A DNA stretch of 49,408 nucleotides, counting the filler, from Trypethelium eluteriae (taxonomy: Eukaryota), in NCBI GenBank assembly GCA_051942245.1. It is 2 parts of 2 records of this genome, joined end to end, with 100 filler letters (N's around TTAATTAATTAA, not from the genome) between each part and the next. Parts side by side here need not be neighbours in the genome. Positions count along the whole stretch, not along the records: positions 1 to 24,655 come from JAVECL010000398.1; 1 more part is not named here. One strand, written 5' to 3'. Of the stretch, positions 9,713 to 21,158 are shown piece by piece; within the stretch, counting starts at the first letter, position 1; the number at the start of each line of letters is the position of its first letter. The notes beneath the pieces were generated by a model. That model was not told where the DNA came from. It searched no databases and saw only the letters and a list, made by a program, of their open reading frames with translations. A program made the translations under genes and the position numbers.

Positions 9713-12184
9713 ATGTCAGAGGCGGTCAACCTCGGTATCTATCAATCCCAGTCGAAACGCAAAATCTCTCGAGCGTCAGATACCGGCGAGCACGGCCTAG
9801 AGGCAAACAACCCTACGAAACGCCAGCGAGTCTCAAGAGCTTGCGATCAATGCCGCAACATAAGAGCTAAATGTGATGGCGGTCAGCCGACCTGCAAGAC
9901 ATGCAGTTCAGCAGGCAGAACTTGCACCTACGTGACGACGCCCAAGAAGCGCGGTATCCAAGCAGGCTACGTCCGGAGTCTTGAACTGACCCTTGCCTGG
10001 TTGTTGACGAACAATACTGGTGCTAGATGTGCGCTGCAAGCCCTTTTGAGACAGGATGATGGTCAAGGACAGGCTCTTGTGACTGGTAGGAATGTTGCAG
10101 GTGCAGATCGACTGTACGATCAATGGAGGCAAAGTGCAGTCTCGAAAGGATTAGAACTGCTGCTGTCAGACCAGGAAATACCAGATGAATTATGGGAAAC
10201 ACTCGATGACGAGCAAAGTGCCGGCAACGAGACATCCGGACTCCAACGTGACTCTGCATTTGCACCTGGCCCTGTCACTCGTCCCTTTGACTCTGCCTTT
10301 CGTCCCGATCCATGCAGCCCGACGGACCCAGTAGAGAGCGAGTCTGGGATATCACCTTTGCATGATGGTGACCCTGGCCCACAGTCTTCGCATTTATCGT
10401 CATTGACCAACAATAACAGTCGTGGCCACCGATTGTCAAAACTGGATGCCCCAAAGGACTGGCGCTTGCTCGATATCTATTTCTCTTTCACCCACTCTTG
10501 GTTTCCAATTGCCGAAAAGTCGTCTCTACTTAGGACGGCCAACTCATATCCCGAAGACGGTCTGCAAGTAGATCCGAACCTTCCAGGCTCTGGGGATCAC
10601 GCTGAGTTGTGCGCGGTCCTAGCACTTGCAAGCTATCAGCAGTTGAAGGCTGCTCAAAAAGATCCGCATGCTGGAAACAATGCGCCGACTGTGGCTGGGG
10701 AGAATGCCTCCCAGCCATTGTTCCGCATAGCCTTAGGGTTGGTAAATCTTGGCAACGGCATGACTGAAGTCGGCCATATTCGAGCTTTACTACTGCTGTC
10801 ATTACTGCTTCTCTATCAATTACATTATTCAGAGGCCTGGGTGCTCATTGGCTTCGCTACACGGCTCTTGTTGGTCCTTAAGCCAGATATCGATGCCATG
10901 ACGGACAGTCTCAAGCGTGCCGCAATGGGATGCGTAATCCTCGATACCATTCTTTCCGCACGTCTTGGAAAAACGCCATATCTTCGTAAAGGTGATATAG
11001 CATGTTCGGGGTTTCGTCTGGCCGACGGATTGGATGAATGGCAGGCATGGAACAACAGTCAACATGGCAGTGGTGACATTGGTTCTCAGATAGGTCTGCG
11101 CTACACACCTGGACACACTCTGAGTATATTTAGTGCTCTAGCAGAATTGGTGGGTCTCTCTGGCTCAGCCTTGGAGGATAGCCAAACGCATCAATCTCCT
11201 GAGACCTCCCAATCGCTTCGTGAGTGGGAAACTAGACTTCCACAGGGTGTCAAGCTTGATTCCGCGCGCTTGCCGTCCACTGTCACTCCACAGCTGTTGT
11301 TGCTGCACTCTGTTTCATCCTCTATAATCACTCGATTGGAGCAACCGAATCAACTCGACAACGTCCGGGCCAAACAGAAGTTTGCTAGTTTGTGTGAACT
11401 CTACGCCACCCAATTTGGATTTGCCTTCATGCCACCAATCCACCGACTTCTCTTCAAGGCTGTACAGCTCCCGGACAGTGTGGATACAGAGTTCGAGAGT
11501 CGAGTCGCTTCATTAATTTCGAGGTTCGATGCGTGTCACTCTTCCCTAGACGGGAAAGGGACTGAATTTCCATCCGTTTGCCAAATAAGTGATGGATTGA
11601 ATCATTCTGCGATTGATCCAGATCCTCTAATACCTAGCCCTTTTGGTAATTCTCGATCTGCCTTGTCCGCGAAGGATGATCAACGCGGTGACAGAAACAG
11701 CCTCAGAGACATTGGGTCCCACCTTGAACCTCTGAACACAGCCGAAACCATAGAACACGAGGCTCATGAGCGAGAGCAGACCCTGCGTGACTTAAGGGAC
11801 AGTGGAAAGGTTTATAGCACAGACTTTGGCGCAGGCAAAATCCTGAGTACTGATCTATCAACTCCTGCTCGAATAGTGCAAAACCACGACGGACCCAGTT
11901 CAAACCTTCCAGATGGAATTGATAGCATTGCCTATACTGCACTTGCTGGGACCTCGCCAACTGATCTCGATGCACTCTTTGATGACCTCATGGATACTGA
12001 CAGCATACAGGGACTGGAAATGCAGTCAGACTTCATGCAAAATCTTGGCTTTGGTCCAAGCTTTACTTCGCCCGATACTTTTTTTGAGCAGTATGATCCT
12101 CTGATCTTAGCACACATCCCAGCCAATTGGCAGTCATCTTCTCTCCCTTCTAGTCAGCCGTTCGACTCCAGTCATCCCAGGTAG
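9713..12184 (+). CDS. qutA: Quinate activator QutA/QA-1F, Zn(II)2Cys6 transcription factor (~823 aa)
   Basis: KRQRVSRACDQCR..KCDG.QP.C..C.....C.Y...PKKRG binuclear cluster; LLDIYFSFTHSWFPI middle region; C-terminal DFMQNLGF; position next to qutR. Confidence 0.95.
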   Translation: MSEAVNLGIYQSQSKRKISRASDTGEHGLEANNPTKRQRVSRACDQCRNIRAKCDGGQPTCKTCSSAGRTCTYVTTPKKRGIQAGYVRSLELTLAWLLTNNTGARCALQALLRQDDGQGQALVTGRNVAGADRLYDQWRQSAVSKGLELLLSDQEIPDELWETLDDEQSAGNETSGLQRDSAFAPGPVTRPFDSAFRPDPCSPTDPVESESGISPLHDGDPGPQSSHLSSLTNNNSRGHRLSKLDAPKDWRLLDIYFSFTHSWFPIAEKSSLLRTANSYPEDGLQVDPNLPGSGDHAELCAVLALASYQQLKAAQKDPHAGNNAPTVAGENASQPLFRIALGLVNLGNGMTEVGHIRALLLLSLLLLYQLHYSEAWVLIGFATRLLLVLKPDIDAMTDSLKRAAMGCVILDTILSARLGKTPYLRKGDIACSGFRLADGLDEWQAWNNSQHGSGDIGSQIGLRYTPGHTLSIFSALAELVGLSGSALEDSQTHQSPETSQSLREWETRLPQGVKLDSARLPSTVTPQLLLLHSVSSSIITRLEQPNQLDNVRAKQKFASLCELYATQFGFAFMPPIHRLLFKAVQLPDSVDTEFESRVASLISRFDACHSSLDGKGTEFPSVCQISDGLNHSAIDPDPLIPSPFGNSRSALSAKDDQRGDRNSLRDIGSHLEPLNTAETIEHEAHEREQTLRDLRDSGKVYSTDFGAGKILSTDLSTPARIVQNHDGPSSNLPDGIDSIAYTALAGTSPTDLDALFDDLMDTDSIQGLEMQSDFMQNLGFGPSFTSPDTFFEQYDPLILAHIPANWQSSSLPSSQPFDSSHPR

Positions 12185-12248
12185 TGCTGTGTTGCAGCGA
12201 CCAGGCTTCGATGCGGGAAGACACGGCGGCTCTTTCCCCAAGGGGCCC

Positions 12249-12264
12249 GGAAAAGTCTTTTGCC
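12249..12264. promoter_or_regulatory. Putative QutA/QA-1F binding palindrome upstream of qutC
   Basis: GGAAAAGTCTTTTGCC flanked as CGG-N12-CCG; 12/16 to GGRTAARYRYTTAYCC. Confidence 0.55.
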
Positions 12265-12400
12265 GGGATCCGACCAATCATGGCCGCGCTTGATTATCGT
12301 CTGGACTGCTCTTGCCTCCCATCCATAACAATCATCTCGCGGTATGTTTCTCTAAAGAACACCCGCGTCATGCTCCAAGTTAAATCGACTTTCATCCAAA

Positions 12401-13435
12401 ATGGCTTGCAGGCCTGCGATTACGTCCATGTCCCTTGGCAGAGCCTGGGCCCATGAATTACCAACCAAGTTTGCTGAAGCAAACAGATACGGCATCCAGG
12501 GTATCGAACTATTCTACGAGGATCTTGAACATCTAGCGAAGTCTCTGCCCGGCGGTGCCTCCGAGGAAAACCTTCACACTGCTGCTCAAGAAGTTCGTTT
12601 CTTATGCGATCAGTATTCATTAGCGATCATCTGCCTCCAACCTTTCATGCTCGACGAGGGGCTCGTTGACCGGATCGAGCACAAAGCGAGAATTAAAAAA
12701 TTACATTTGTGGCTTGAGCTTGCCCGGATACTTCGGACCGATCTCATTGCCATCGCTTCCAGCTATCTTCCAGTCGAAAGGATCTCTTCTGATATCAACC
12801 TCATCATCTCAGACCTTCAGGAAGTTGCGGACCTCGGAGCTCAACGCTGTCCACCTGTTCGTTTTACGTACGAAAGTCTTGCATGGGGAACACGAGTGGA
12901 TACCTGGGAAGTATGCTGGGATATCGTTCGCCGCGTCAATCGGCCCAATTTTGGCATCTGTCTGGACACCTTCAACATTGCTGGCAGGGTCTATGCTGAT
13001 CCAACCGCTGATACGGGCATGACAACGACTGCAGAGACGGATATCGAAAGTTCCATAGAACGACTCATCCACACCGTCGACGTGTCAAAAATTTTCTACG
13101 TACAAGTAGTGGATGCCGAAAAATTGAAAGAGCCATTACTTCAAGAGCATGAATTCTACAATTCTTCTCAGCCTCCACGCATGAGTTGGTCGAGAAATTG
13201 TCGGCTTTTCTATGGTGAAGATTCTCTTGGGGCATACCTCCCCATTCAAAGACTCGTACGAGCTATATTTCAAGATCTGGGATTTAGGGGCTGGGTAAGC
13301 ATGGAACTTTTCAACCGGGATATGGCAAGCTCGGATCCAACGGTACCAGCAGATCACGCGAGGAGAGCTTTCAAGGCGTGGAACAAGATTGTCGAGGACT
13401 GCAACTTGAAGCATATACGAGATGCACAGCTCTAG
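12401..13435 (+). CDS. qutC: 3-dehydroshikimate dehydratase QutC/QA-4 (344 aa)
   Basis: PAITSMSLGRAWAH, GIELFYEDL, YESLAWG, CLDTFNIAG, SWSRNCRLFYGE, WVSMELF: xylose-isomerase-like TIM-barrel motifs; intronless. Confidence 0.95.
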   Translation: MACRPAITSMSLGRAWAHELPTKFAEANRYGIQGIELFYEDLEHLAKSLPGGASEENLHTAAQEVRFLCDQYSLAIICLQPFMLDEGLVDRIEHKARIKKLHLWLELARILRTDLIAIASSYLPVERISSDINLIISDLQEVADLGAQRCPPVRFTYESLAWGTRVDTWEVCWDIVRRVNRPNFGICLDTFNIAGRVYADPTADTGMTTTAETDIESSIERLIHTVDVSKIFYVQVVDAEKLKEPLLQEHEFYNSSQPPRMSWSRNCRLFYGEDSLGAYLPIQRLVRAIFQDLGFRGWVSMELFNRDMASSDPTVPADHARRAFKAWNKIVEDCNLKHIRDAQL

Positions 13436-14041
13436 GTACTATGTATTCGGCTTCTTCCTTTTTGTAATGATCACGATGGCGTTGAGATGCATAGCTATTT
13501 GTTGGCTTCATCAAAGAGAGCGAGCGCGAACTCTTCACATCTGTCTTGACTTAACTGGTCTAAAATTGACCTCTACTCAAGCATAGGCTTCGTACAACTT
13601 TGTTCCCAAAATTTTCTATCTACAGACTGGAGCTTGTTTGTGGAAAGACGTTATTTGTAACACATTCTCTATTTAGCTTGATGGGAACTGCTAGAGCATT
13701 TCATAGACGAAGGATCTATTGTCCGTCGCTCTGAATTATGACCGGCAGGCCTTCGGAGTACATTGAGGTTAAAATTTCAGCCAAAATCCATGTTCGTGGT
13801 ACTCAGACTGGTCGATATCTCATGCCCAAGTGTTTCGAGCCCCGTTAATATCACTATTTAAGGACTGACAAGAGCTCAACAAGGCGTCAAACAGAAATCG
13901 TCAAAGGCCTCCTAAGGAGTCCTATTCTGGCTTTGCTTAATCGATGTGGGCCCTGACCGGACCCGCACGGGACTTCAAATCTCAGCTTGCCCTGCAAACA
14001 TTTGCCCTGAGCCCTTGATGGCTGGATAAGGGTACCGAAAG

Positions 14042-15876
14042 CTAGCGCTTCTCGACGTCCTCAACATATTCTGCCTCCTTTGTTTTCTCCACACTCAAGT
14101 CTGCACCTTCTGCATCGTGTCGGAAGCTTTCCTCCTCTGCTCGCACCTCAGCCATAACCGTACTGTGGGCCCTCTGGACGGGTTTTATGTCGAACAATCG
14201 ATCCATGAACTCGAGAGGGACGCCCTTGGTCTCAGGAACGAGCAAATAGACAAACACAATTGACACAACCATCATTGACGCAAAGAAAAAATAAACTCCG
14301 CAGCCAGACCTACCCATGGTATTAAACATTTGAGGGGTAAAACGTGAAATGATGAAATTCCAAAACCAGTTATTAGCAGATGCAGAAGCCTGTCCAAGAG
14401 ATCTAAAGATGGATTTCATTAGATATTTTTTCAAAAGGTTTGAGCAAGAGCTCTCCTCTAAAACATACCTAGTGTTCGAGTCGAACATTTCTGCGTTGAG
14501 AACCCACGGAGTGCCATTCCATGTCGGAGTATAGAAGAAGGTCCAGAGATAGAAGAAAAAGACAGCAGCGATGCCTCCCGATGAAAGCTTCGCATTTGGG
14601 TCGTCGGCATGGGCGGCGGGATTGCTCTTGTAGATGTCTAACAGAAAGTAAGTCAACAAGGCTCGCTTGGCACTCAATGCCAGCGAAGTTCAGTAGACAC
14701 TCACAGGCACCAATGATCCACATGCATATAGATCCACCGAGTCCGCCGATCATAAGCAAGTTGCGCCGTCCAAAATTATCGATCAAGCAGAACAGCCAAA
14801 CCAGCGTAAATACGGTCTTCACTACACCAAAAAGGCCGGTCGTGAAGAAACTAGTGTTTGTGCCGCGTATGCCAATACTTTTGAACACGGTTGGACCTTC
14901 TATATGTAAGCATTGTGATCATACGCGGGAACGCCCCAAGGCCGAAGTACTTACTATAGTAGTTGATAGCATTAATACCTGAGCCATTCTGCCACATGAA
15001 GAGTAGACCTCCAAGCATGAATCGCCAAAGGATCTTTCTGCTGCGGCCAACAGCTCGGAAGGGCTTCCAAAACCCTAGACCAATGCTTGATTGCTGCTCT
15101 TCTAGGGTCGCATCGATGAAGGAGACCTCTTCAATGATGTAAAGGTCTTGAGCGTCGAGGTTGCGAATCCAGCAGAGATTTCGTAAGGCTTCTTGGCGGC
15201 GGCCTTTTGACAGCAGCCAGCGAGGTGACTCTCGTATCCATAGGCTTCCAATTGCCAGTAGGCCGGCCGGGATCAATTGAACAGCGAAAGGGATGAGCCA
15301 CTGGGAATGATTCGAAGGATGATGCTCGCTTAAACCGTAGTTGATCCAGAAACCTACAAGGCCTCCAATCTGCCAGCCAAGCTCATAGATACCGACCAAT
15401 CTTCCTCTTACAGCAGGAGGTGCAATTTCACTGATGTAGATGGGAGTGCACATGGAAGCACCGCCAACTCCAACACCACCAAGGACCCGGCCAGCATAGA
15501 TCAAGCCAAGTCCGCGAGCGCCAGTGGCGCCAAGAGTCAAGCCAGCACCAAGAATGAAAACGAGGGAGAAGACTATCAGCGACTTCTTACGTCCAAGGAA
15601 GTGGTTGAATATATAGGCGAAAAGAGCTCCAAAGAAGGCGCCCGCTTGGTAAACAGAGACAATGTTGGCTTCAACAAGGGCCAGCTTGGACTTGGACAAT
15701 TCGGCGAATCTGAACTCCTTCTCAAAGGAAGGTAAAGAAAGCGTGGTCCCAATAAAAGCCGAGTCATATCCGATCATGCAAGAAGCAAAGGAAGCAATAG
15801 AGGCGCAGGCCCATACTTTCCAATTGTAGACCTGGACAGGTGTAGGCCGATCCTCAACCACAGTCAGTAGACCCAT
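14042..15876 (-). CDS. qutD: Quinate permease QutD/QA-Y (sugar-porter MFS); exons 14955-15876, 14705-14896, 14469-14637, 14042-14402, ~547 aa
   Basis: EDRPTP..VYNW, IGYDSAFIG, PIYISEIAPPAVRGRL, ESPRWL, QNGSGINAINYYSP, WNGTPWV, PETKGVPLE; three GT-AG introns keep frame. Confidence 0.95.
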
Positions 15877-16085
15877 GATGGAAAATGGAAGATCTGGAGG
15901 GACGAATCTGGTTCAATATCCTTCCGGACTCGGAGCAAGCGAATGAAGGCATGATTAAGTATTGTTGCTAGTGTAACCAGCCTGGCAACAAGATGGTCTA
16001 GAGTGCAAGAGCGGTTCTGGATCCCGGCATCTTCGCGTGGAGGGTTTACTTGGCGGAATCCAAGCGCGGTTTCATTAGGGCGGGA

Positions 16086-16101
16086 GGATGAAAATTTTGC
16101 C
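16086..16101. promoter_or_regulatory. Putative weaker QutA site in qutD/qutB divergent promoter
   Basis: GGATGAAAATTTTGCC shares the TTTTGCC half-site with the 12249 site. Confidence 0.45.
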
Positions 16102-16430
16102 CCGACCCGAAGTTAGTGTGGAGAAGTTGCGGAGAAGAAGCCGGGGTAGATTGCTTAGGTAATGCTTGAGGACTTTCAAAGGTGGCCAATGTTTTCGTTG
16201 GAGGGCTCTCTCCAGCCACTGACTCCAATTTATCCCATACGAAGCAGAAATACGACAACTGCGTTTCATCTATGCCATTTCTTTCAGTTTCCACCTGTAT
16301 AATCTCACATCAGTCTCCACTGGATACTAAGCTCCTAGATATCATTTCTAGATCTTCAACCTGGACTGGAACGTGGGAAGCCAGCAAGATCAAAAGGATC
16401 AGCCACCCCCAACATCCCTGCACCTTGGCC

Positions 16431-16446
16431 GCGTAAATATTTACCC
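16431..16446. promoter_or_regulatory. QutA/QA-1F binding palindrome in qutD/qutB divergent promoter
   Basis: GCGTAAATATTTACCC, 15/16 match to Neurospora QA-1F consensus GGRTAARYRYTTAYCC. Confidence 0.75.
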
Positions 16447-16737
16447 AAGATTCGCAACAGCGTCCTGGGCACGCCTGCAGTCCGAAGATCCCCGTGTGAT
16501 TGAATTTGGCCCAAACAATGACAACTTCCTCTCACTGCGTGGCATCATATAGCTGTGGCCGGGTATGCTGTGAATGATCTGCAGAATATTCGTGAGATTC
16601 CGTAGCAGACATCTTTCGATAGACTGCCGAACGGGATATCAGACACCGGTGAGGCCAGGCTCTGTGAGGACTGCAGATACAACTATCTAAAGCTCAGTCG
16701 CTATTGAAAAGCTCGGATCAACCAGATTACTGAAGCC

Positions 16738-17733
16738 ATGGCGTTGACTTCGCATTCCGAGGATTTAGCTCACCTTGAAGGCATCAATTACCTCTTCGGC
16801 TATCCCATCTCACACTCCATGTCGCCATTACTGCATCAGACAATTTACGACGCACTTAATCTACGTTGGACCCAGCAGCTCTTTGAATCAAAAGACATGG
16901 CCAAATTCCTGCAACTGACTAGAGACCCGAAATTCTTTGGTACGAAACCCTGAATTTCAAGCTCACGGATAATCTGTAGCTAACCAGCCTTCACAGGCGC
17001 ATCTGTCACGATGCCTCATAAGGTCTCAATCGTTTCTCATCTTGATGCACTCGAGCCTGCTGCTACTGCTGTCGGCGCTTGCAACACTATCTTCGTCCGC
17101 AAAGACCTTAAGACTGGTCAGCGCCGGCTCATCGGCACCAACACTGACGTTGTCGGAATTCGCGATGCCTTCTACCAGAATGTTCTCAATCCTAAGGAAG
17201 TATTCCAAGAGAGACCAGCTCTGGTCATCGGAGGAGGTGGTGCTGCACGAAGTGCAGTATATGCGTTACGGAATAGCATGCAAGTAAGCAAGATATATCT
17301 CGTCAACCGTGACGATTTTGAAGTCGACGCTGTCATGGCTCACTGCAAGGCCAATGGTTTTGGTCAGGACCTAATACACGTTAGAGACTTGAAACAGGCT
17401 GAAAGCCTAGAAGGGCCCGGAGCCATTGTGGCATGTGTCCCGGACTTTCCACCCGTCACCGAAGCAGAAAAGACAGCACGATCCATCTTCCAGTGCTTCA
17501 TACAGAAAAAACATAAAGGCGCGATCTTGGAAATGTGCTATCATCCTCATCCTTGGACTTCCATAGCAGAAATGTCGCAAAGAGCCGGTTGGCAGGTGAT
17601 ACTGGGTACAGAAGCAATGATTTATCAAGGACTGGAGCAGGATCGATATTGGACAGGCCGACAGATAAGTGACATGCCAGTCGAACAGGTTAAAAAGGCG
17701 ATAGCTAGCAAGCTCTCGAAGTCTAAATTATGA
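16738..17733 (+). CDS. qutB: Quinate/shikimate dehydrogenase QutB/QA-3; join(16738..16939,16997..17733), ~312 aa
   Basis: LFGYPISHSMSP, GASVTMPHK, VGACNTI, GTNTDVVG, GGGGAARSA, LEMCYHP; intron 16940-16996. Confidence 0.95.
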
Positions 17734-17782
17734 AGTACGCACTCTAACGAATTGACTGCAATACCAAAATTTTCGACCGCAT

Positions 17783-19264
17783 CTACCCTCCCGGTCTCGA
17801 GTAATCAAGCGTTCTTACTCTCCGCCATACTTCCCGAACAGTACGCTCCTGACCCTGTCGAGCTGACTCGTCCGAAGACGGACCGGCAGGCCTATTAGAT
17901 GATTGTCAATCAGCCACACGGTATACCTACTCGGTCATCTTTACTCACCGAATCGCGAGATACAGGCGGCTACCAAGTTTTGCAGGCTCGATCGGTGCTT
18001 TTAACGGGTCGTCAGGAGGATTTGCCGTCGTTACTAGACCTCCAGCTTCTTGCAATATGCATATACCAGCCGCCACGTCCCTAAGGAAGCCTCGTCAATG
18101 AAAATTTATATCTATTCGCGTTCTCCACCTACTTACCATTCCCAGCACCCTCCTTCCCCTAGTTCTGGATGTCAGTGTCACGAAGCGAAAGGTGCAGACA
18201 GAAACAAAGCTTACACCAAATGTCAAAAGCGCCCATCGCACAATATGCGAGATCCATTGTCGCACTATCTTGTGCTCAGTCTGCGTCAGCAATGATCCAA
18301 GATCTTGAACTCACCTGCCCAGACTCCTAACGCCATGAACCATCCCACCCTTGCCTCCTCTCGACCCAATCTCTGCTGCCATGTTCACAAGGCTCTCTAC
18401 CTTTCGTTGCATGTTCCCATCGGGACTGTCCCTCCGATCTTTGCCCCATTCGAAGGAAAAGATACATCCCTTTGGCGCACTTGCAGGCATGGGTGGAATG
18501 GGATTACGCACAAGTGGAAGTTGCTGTGTCTCATTCATCCATGCGCCTCTGCCTTTACAGGCGGAGAACATTTGATCAACAAACGGAGCATAAACAACGC
18601 CAATTGCTGGTTTATGATCGACAATGAAGGCTATGCTAACACAAAACATGGGGAAGATGTGTATCATGTTCACAGTACCTAGACGTATTAGTAAAGCATC
18701 AGCGGCATGGTCATCAGAGTGCTCTTAAGATCCATACCGTCCAGAGGATCGACACACCACGTCGGCCTCTCGTCGATCAGATAATTGCGGGAAGCTCCCT
18801 TCGAGTAAGTTTCTTCTCCAATGAATCTACATCATCAAAAGAATTAGTTGAGCTGGGTGGTCGGGTATGTAGGAAATCAGTGGGTCTCGAATAGGTGTAA
18901 AGGAATATTGAAAGAGAAATTTGTGCAATGTAGATCAAAGACTCACTGGTGGGATGGATATTCTATAGAGACACGATGTTTGATGAAAGCTTCCACTTCT
19001 ACAGGACAGTGAGTTCAGCTAGATATTTCGCCATCGTCTTAGGCATCTATAAGAAAATTATGGCAGAAGAAGAATCCTACCTTCATCTACCTTGGTGACC
19101 AGATCGACTGCGTTGTCCTTTTCAACAAACTCTTGAGAATGGCTTGGTTTGGTATCTGTGCTGCCGTATCGGGATTTTACTGACTGGAGCAGCAGTTGGC
19201 CGGCATCTTTGCCTAGTTGAACAGCAAATTGATATATGCTCTGCAATTCCTCCGTACTTGCCAT
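17783..19264 (-). CDS. qutG: Inositol-monophosphatase-family protein QutG/QA-X; 8 exons (19081-19264, 18947-18998, 18738-18826, 18315-18678, 18215-18264, 18137-18158, 17949-18080, 17783-17891), ~333 aa
   Basis: Spliced product has DLVT, FIGEE, WCVDPLDGTVN, GVRSLGSA, WWEGGCWEWDVAAG..ILQEAGG; exon sum 1002 nt is in frame. Confidence 0.92.
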
Positions 19265-19423
19265 ATTAGAACTGAGAAAATCGTATTGAGAAAGATATTA
19301 ATCTAATCTTTCTCACAACGGCATTCCAGAAGTTTAAACTTGAGTATTCCACTCGGCTACGTCCGCTGGTAACCGGCAAAACCCGTGATTGGCGTGAAGA
19401 GATTTCGTCAGTGCTCCACAGTA

Positions 19424-19439
19424 TGCAAAACATTTATCC
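19424..19439. promoter_or_regulatory. Putative QutA site in qutG/qutE divergent promoter
   Basis: TGCAAAACATTTATCC (reverse GGATAAATGTTTTGCA), 13/16 to QA-1F consensus. Confidence 0.65.
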
Positions 19440-19532
19440 GAAAGAAGCTATGGGCATAATTGATAAGTTCTGAGGAATTGCGATAATGGACCAGATCACA
19501 CAGCTGTTCGACATACTAGCCGACCTACCAGA

Positions 19533-19994
19533 ATGGCGAAACACGTGCTCCTGATCAATGGGCCAAATCTAAACCTCTTAGGAACGCGAGAGCCTCATAT
19601 CTACGGCAGCACCACGCTCTCAGATGTGGTTGCAAGTGCAGAAAGACAGGCCGATGACCTATCAATCCAGATCTCTCATTTCCAATCGAATCACTCTGGG
19701 GCGCTGATCGATCGAGTCCATTCCGCGCGTGGCGAAAAGGTCGACGCAATCATTATAAATGCCGGCGGCCTCACCCACACCGATGTCTCACTTCGCGATG
19801 CTTTGGCTGGTGTTGCAATCCCTTTCATCGAAGTTCATGTGACGAATGTCCATCGAAGGGAAAGCTTCAGACATCATAGCTTCCTCAGTGACAAAGCCGA
19901 GGCCGTCATTGCTGGTCTCGGTGTTTACGGATATACGGCAGCCATCGAATTCGTTGTGAGGCACCTGAGGACTAGCGAGCTCGCAAGACTCTAG
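19533..19994 (+). CDS. qutE: Catabolic type II 3-dehydroquinase QutE/QA-2 (153 aa)
   Basis: [48 protein letters not shown] signature. Confidence 0.97.
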   Translation: MAKHVLLINGPNLNLLGTREPHIYGSTTLSDVVASAERQADDLSIQISHFQSNHSGALIDRVHSARGEKVDAIIINAGGLTHTDVSLRDALAGVAIPFIEVHVTNVHRRESFRHHSFLSDKAEAVIAGLGVYGYTAAIEFVVRHLRTSELARL

Positions 19995-20208
19995 ATCTCT
20001 TCTGACCATCCTGGCTGACTGAGAAATGGGTTGTTGGCACCGGATGTTTACACTACAGCACCTTAGCAAGAAGGACCCCCGTCGATCTGTTAAGCCAGTG
20101 AACAGGCTCCCAGGATTGTGATATGGATCGAAAGCTCAAGAAATTCTCTTTGAAAAAGTTGTGTCAAGGACATTAGATGCTCACACGGTTCCAAACAATA
20201 GCTGATCT

Positions 20209-21158
20209 TCATTTAAACTGCCACAGCCTCCGAGGGTTATCCACCCAGATTTGCCGTACCAGCGTCTCATCGCCGTTACACCAGTCTATGCACTGTCTCA
20301 AGAATCCAACGTCATCGACTTGCCTGTAATCCTGATGTTTTGTTCGGTCACCACCGAGAACTCTCTCTACTCCCCCGGAATGCGGCCAATCGGAGGCCCA
20401 CACAATCTGCGTCGGCGCCAGGCCGATGATATCCTTGGCATATTGTTCCAATCCTGGCATATTTGAGAACCGATAGGTCCCGCTAAACTTGGTCCAGACT
20501 TTGCGTTCTTTCAACAAGTCCATGAATTCGGAGTACCCCGCCTGCTTGGACGGTGCAATTGAGGGTTCCGGCTGAGCAAGATGATCCAGTACGACTGGGA
20601 CTCCTAATTTTGGGATTTCGTCTGCGAAAAGAGCAAGCTGAGGAAGAGAGATGAAGATTTGTAATACCCAATTCAAATGTCGTATTCTGTCCGCGTATAA
20701 ATGCAATATATCGGCAAAGGCCTCTTTGCTCAAGGTCTGCGACCGTGTCCTGAGGTTCATCCTTACGCCACGCACACCTAACTTGTGCATTTTCGAAAGC
20801 TCGTCGTTACCAATGGTCTTTGGATCGATGCAAGCGACAGCTCTTCCCTGGCCTTTCAGTTTCCCAAGAGCATCCAGATTAATAGAATTGTCCGTATCGT
20901 AAACAGACATTGCTACGAGACAAACATGATCGATACCAAGCGATCTCTCAAACTGTAATAAGTCATCAAGATCCGCTTTCTTTGGTCTATATGGATAATT
21001 AGGAGCAAACGGAAATTTTTCCTAGGAATTGACGATTGGTCACATCAGCTTTTAATTTTTGTTCGGGTTGAGCAAGCATGGTACCGCACCTCATCCACGA
21101 CATGAACGTGCGAGTCCCAAGCGCCAGCCGGCAACTTATACTTATCGGAAGATTCCAT
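20209..21158 (-). CDS. Amidohydrolase_2-family lactonase/isomerase (LigI/PDC-hydrolase-like); join(21090..21158,20209..21021), ~293 aa
   Basis: WDSHVH, SVYDTDN, GVRGVRMN, LDHLA, WTKFSGTYR, VWASDWPH, VDNPRRLW; intron 21022-21089. Confidence 0.85.
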
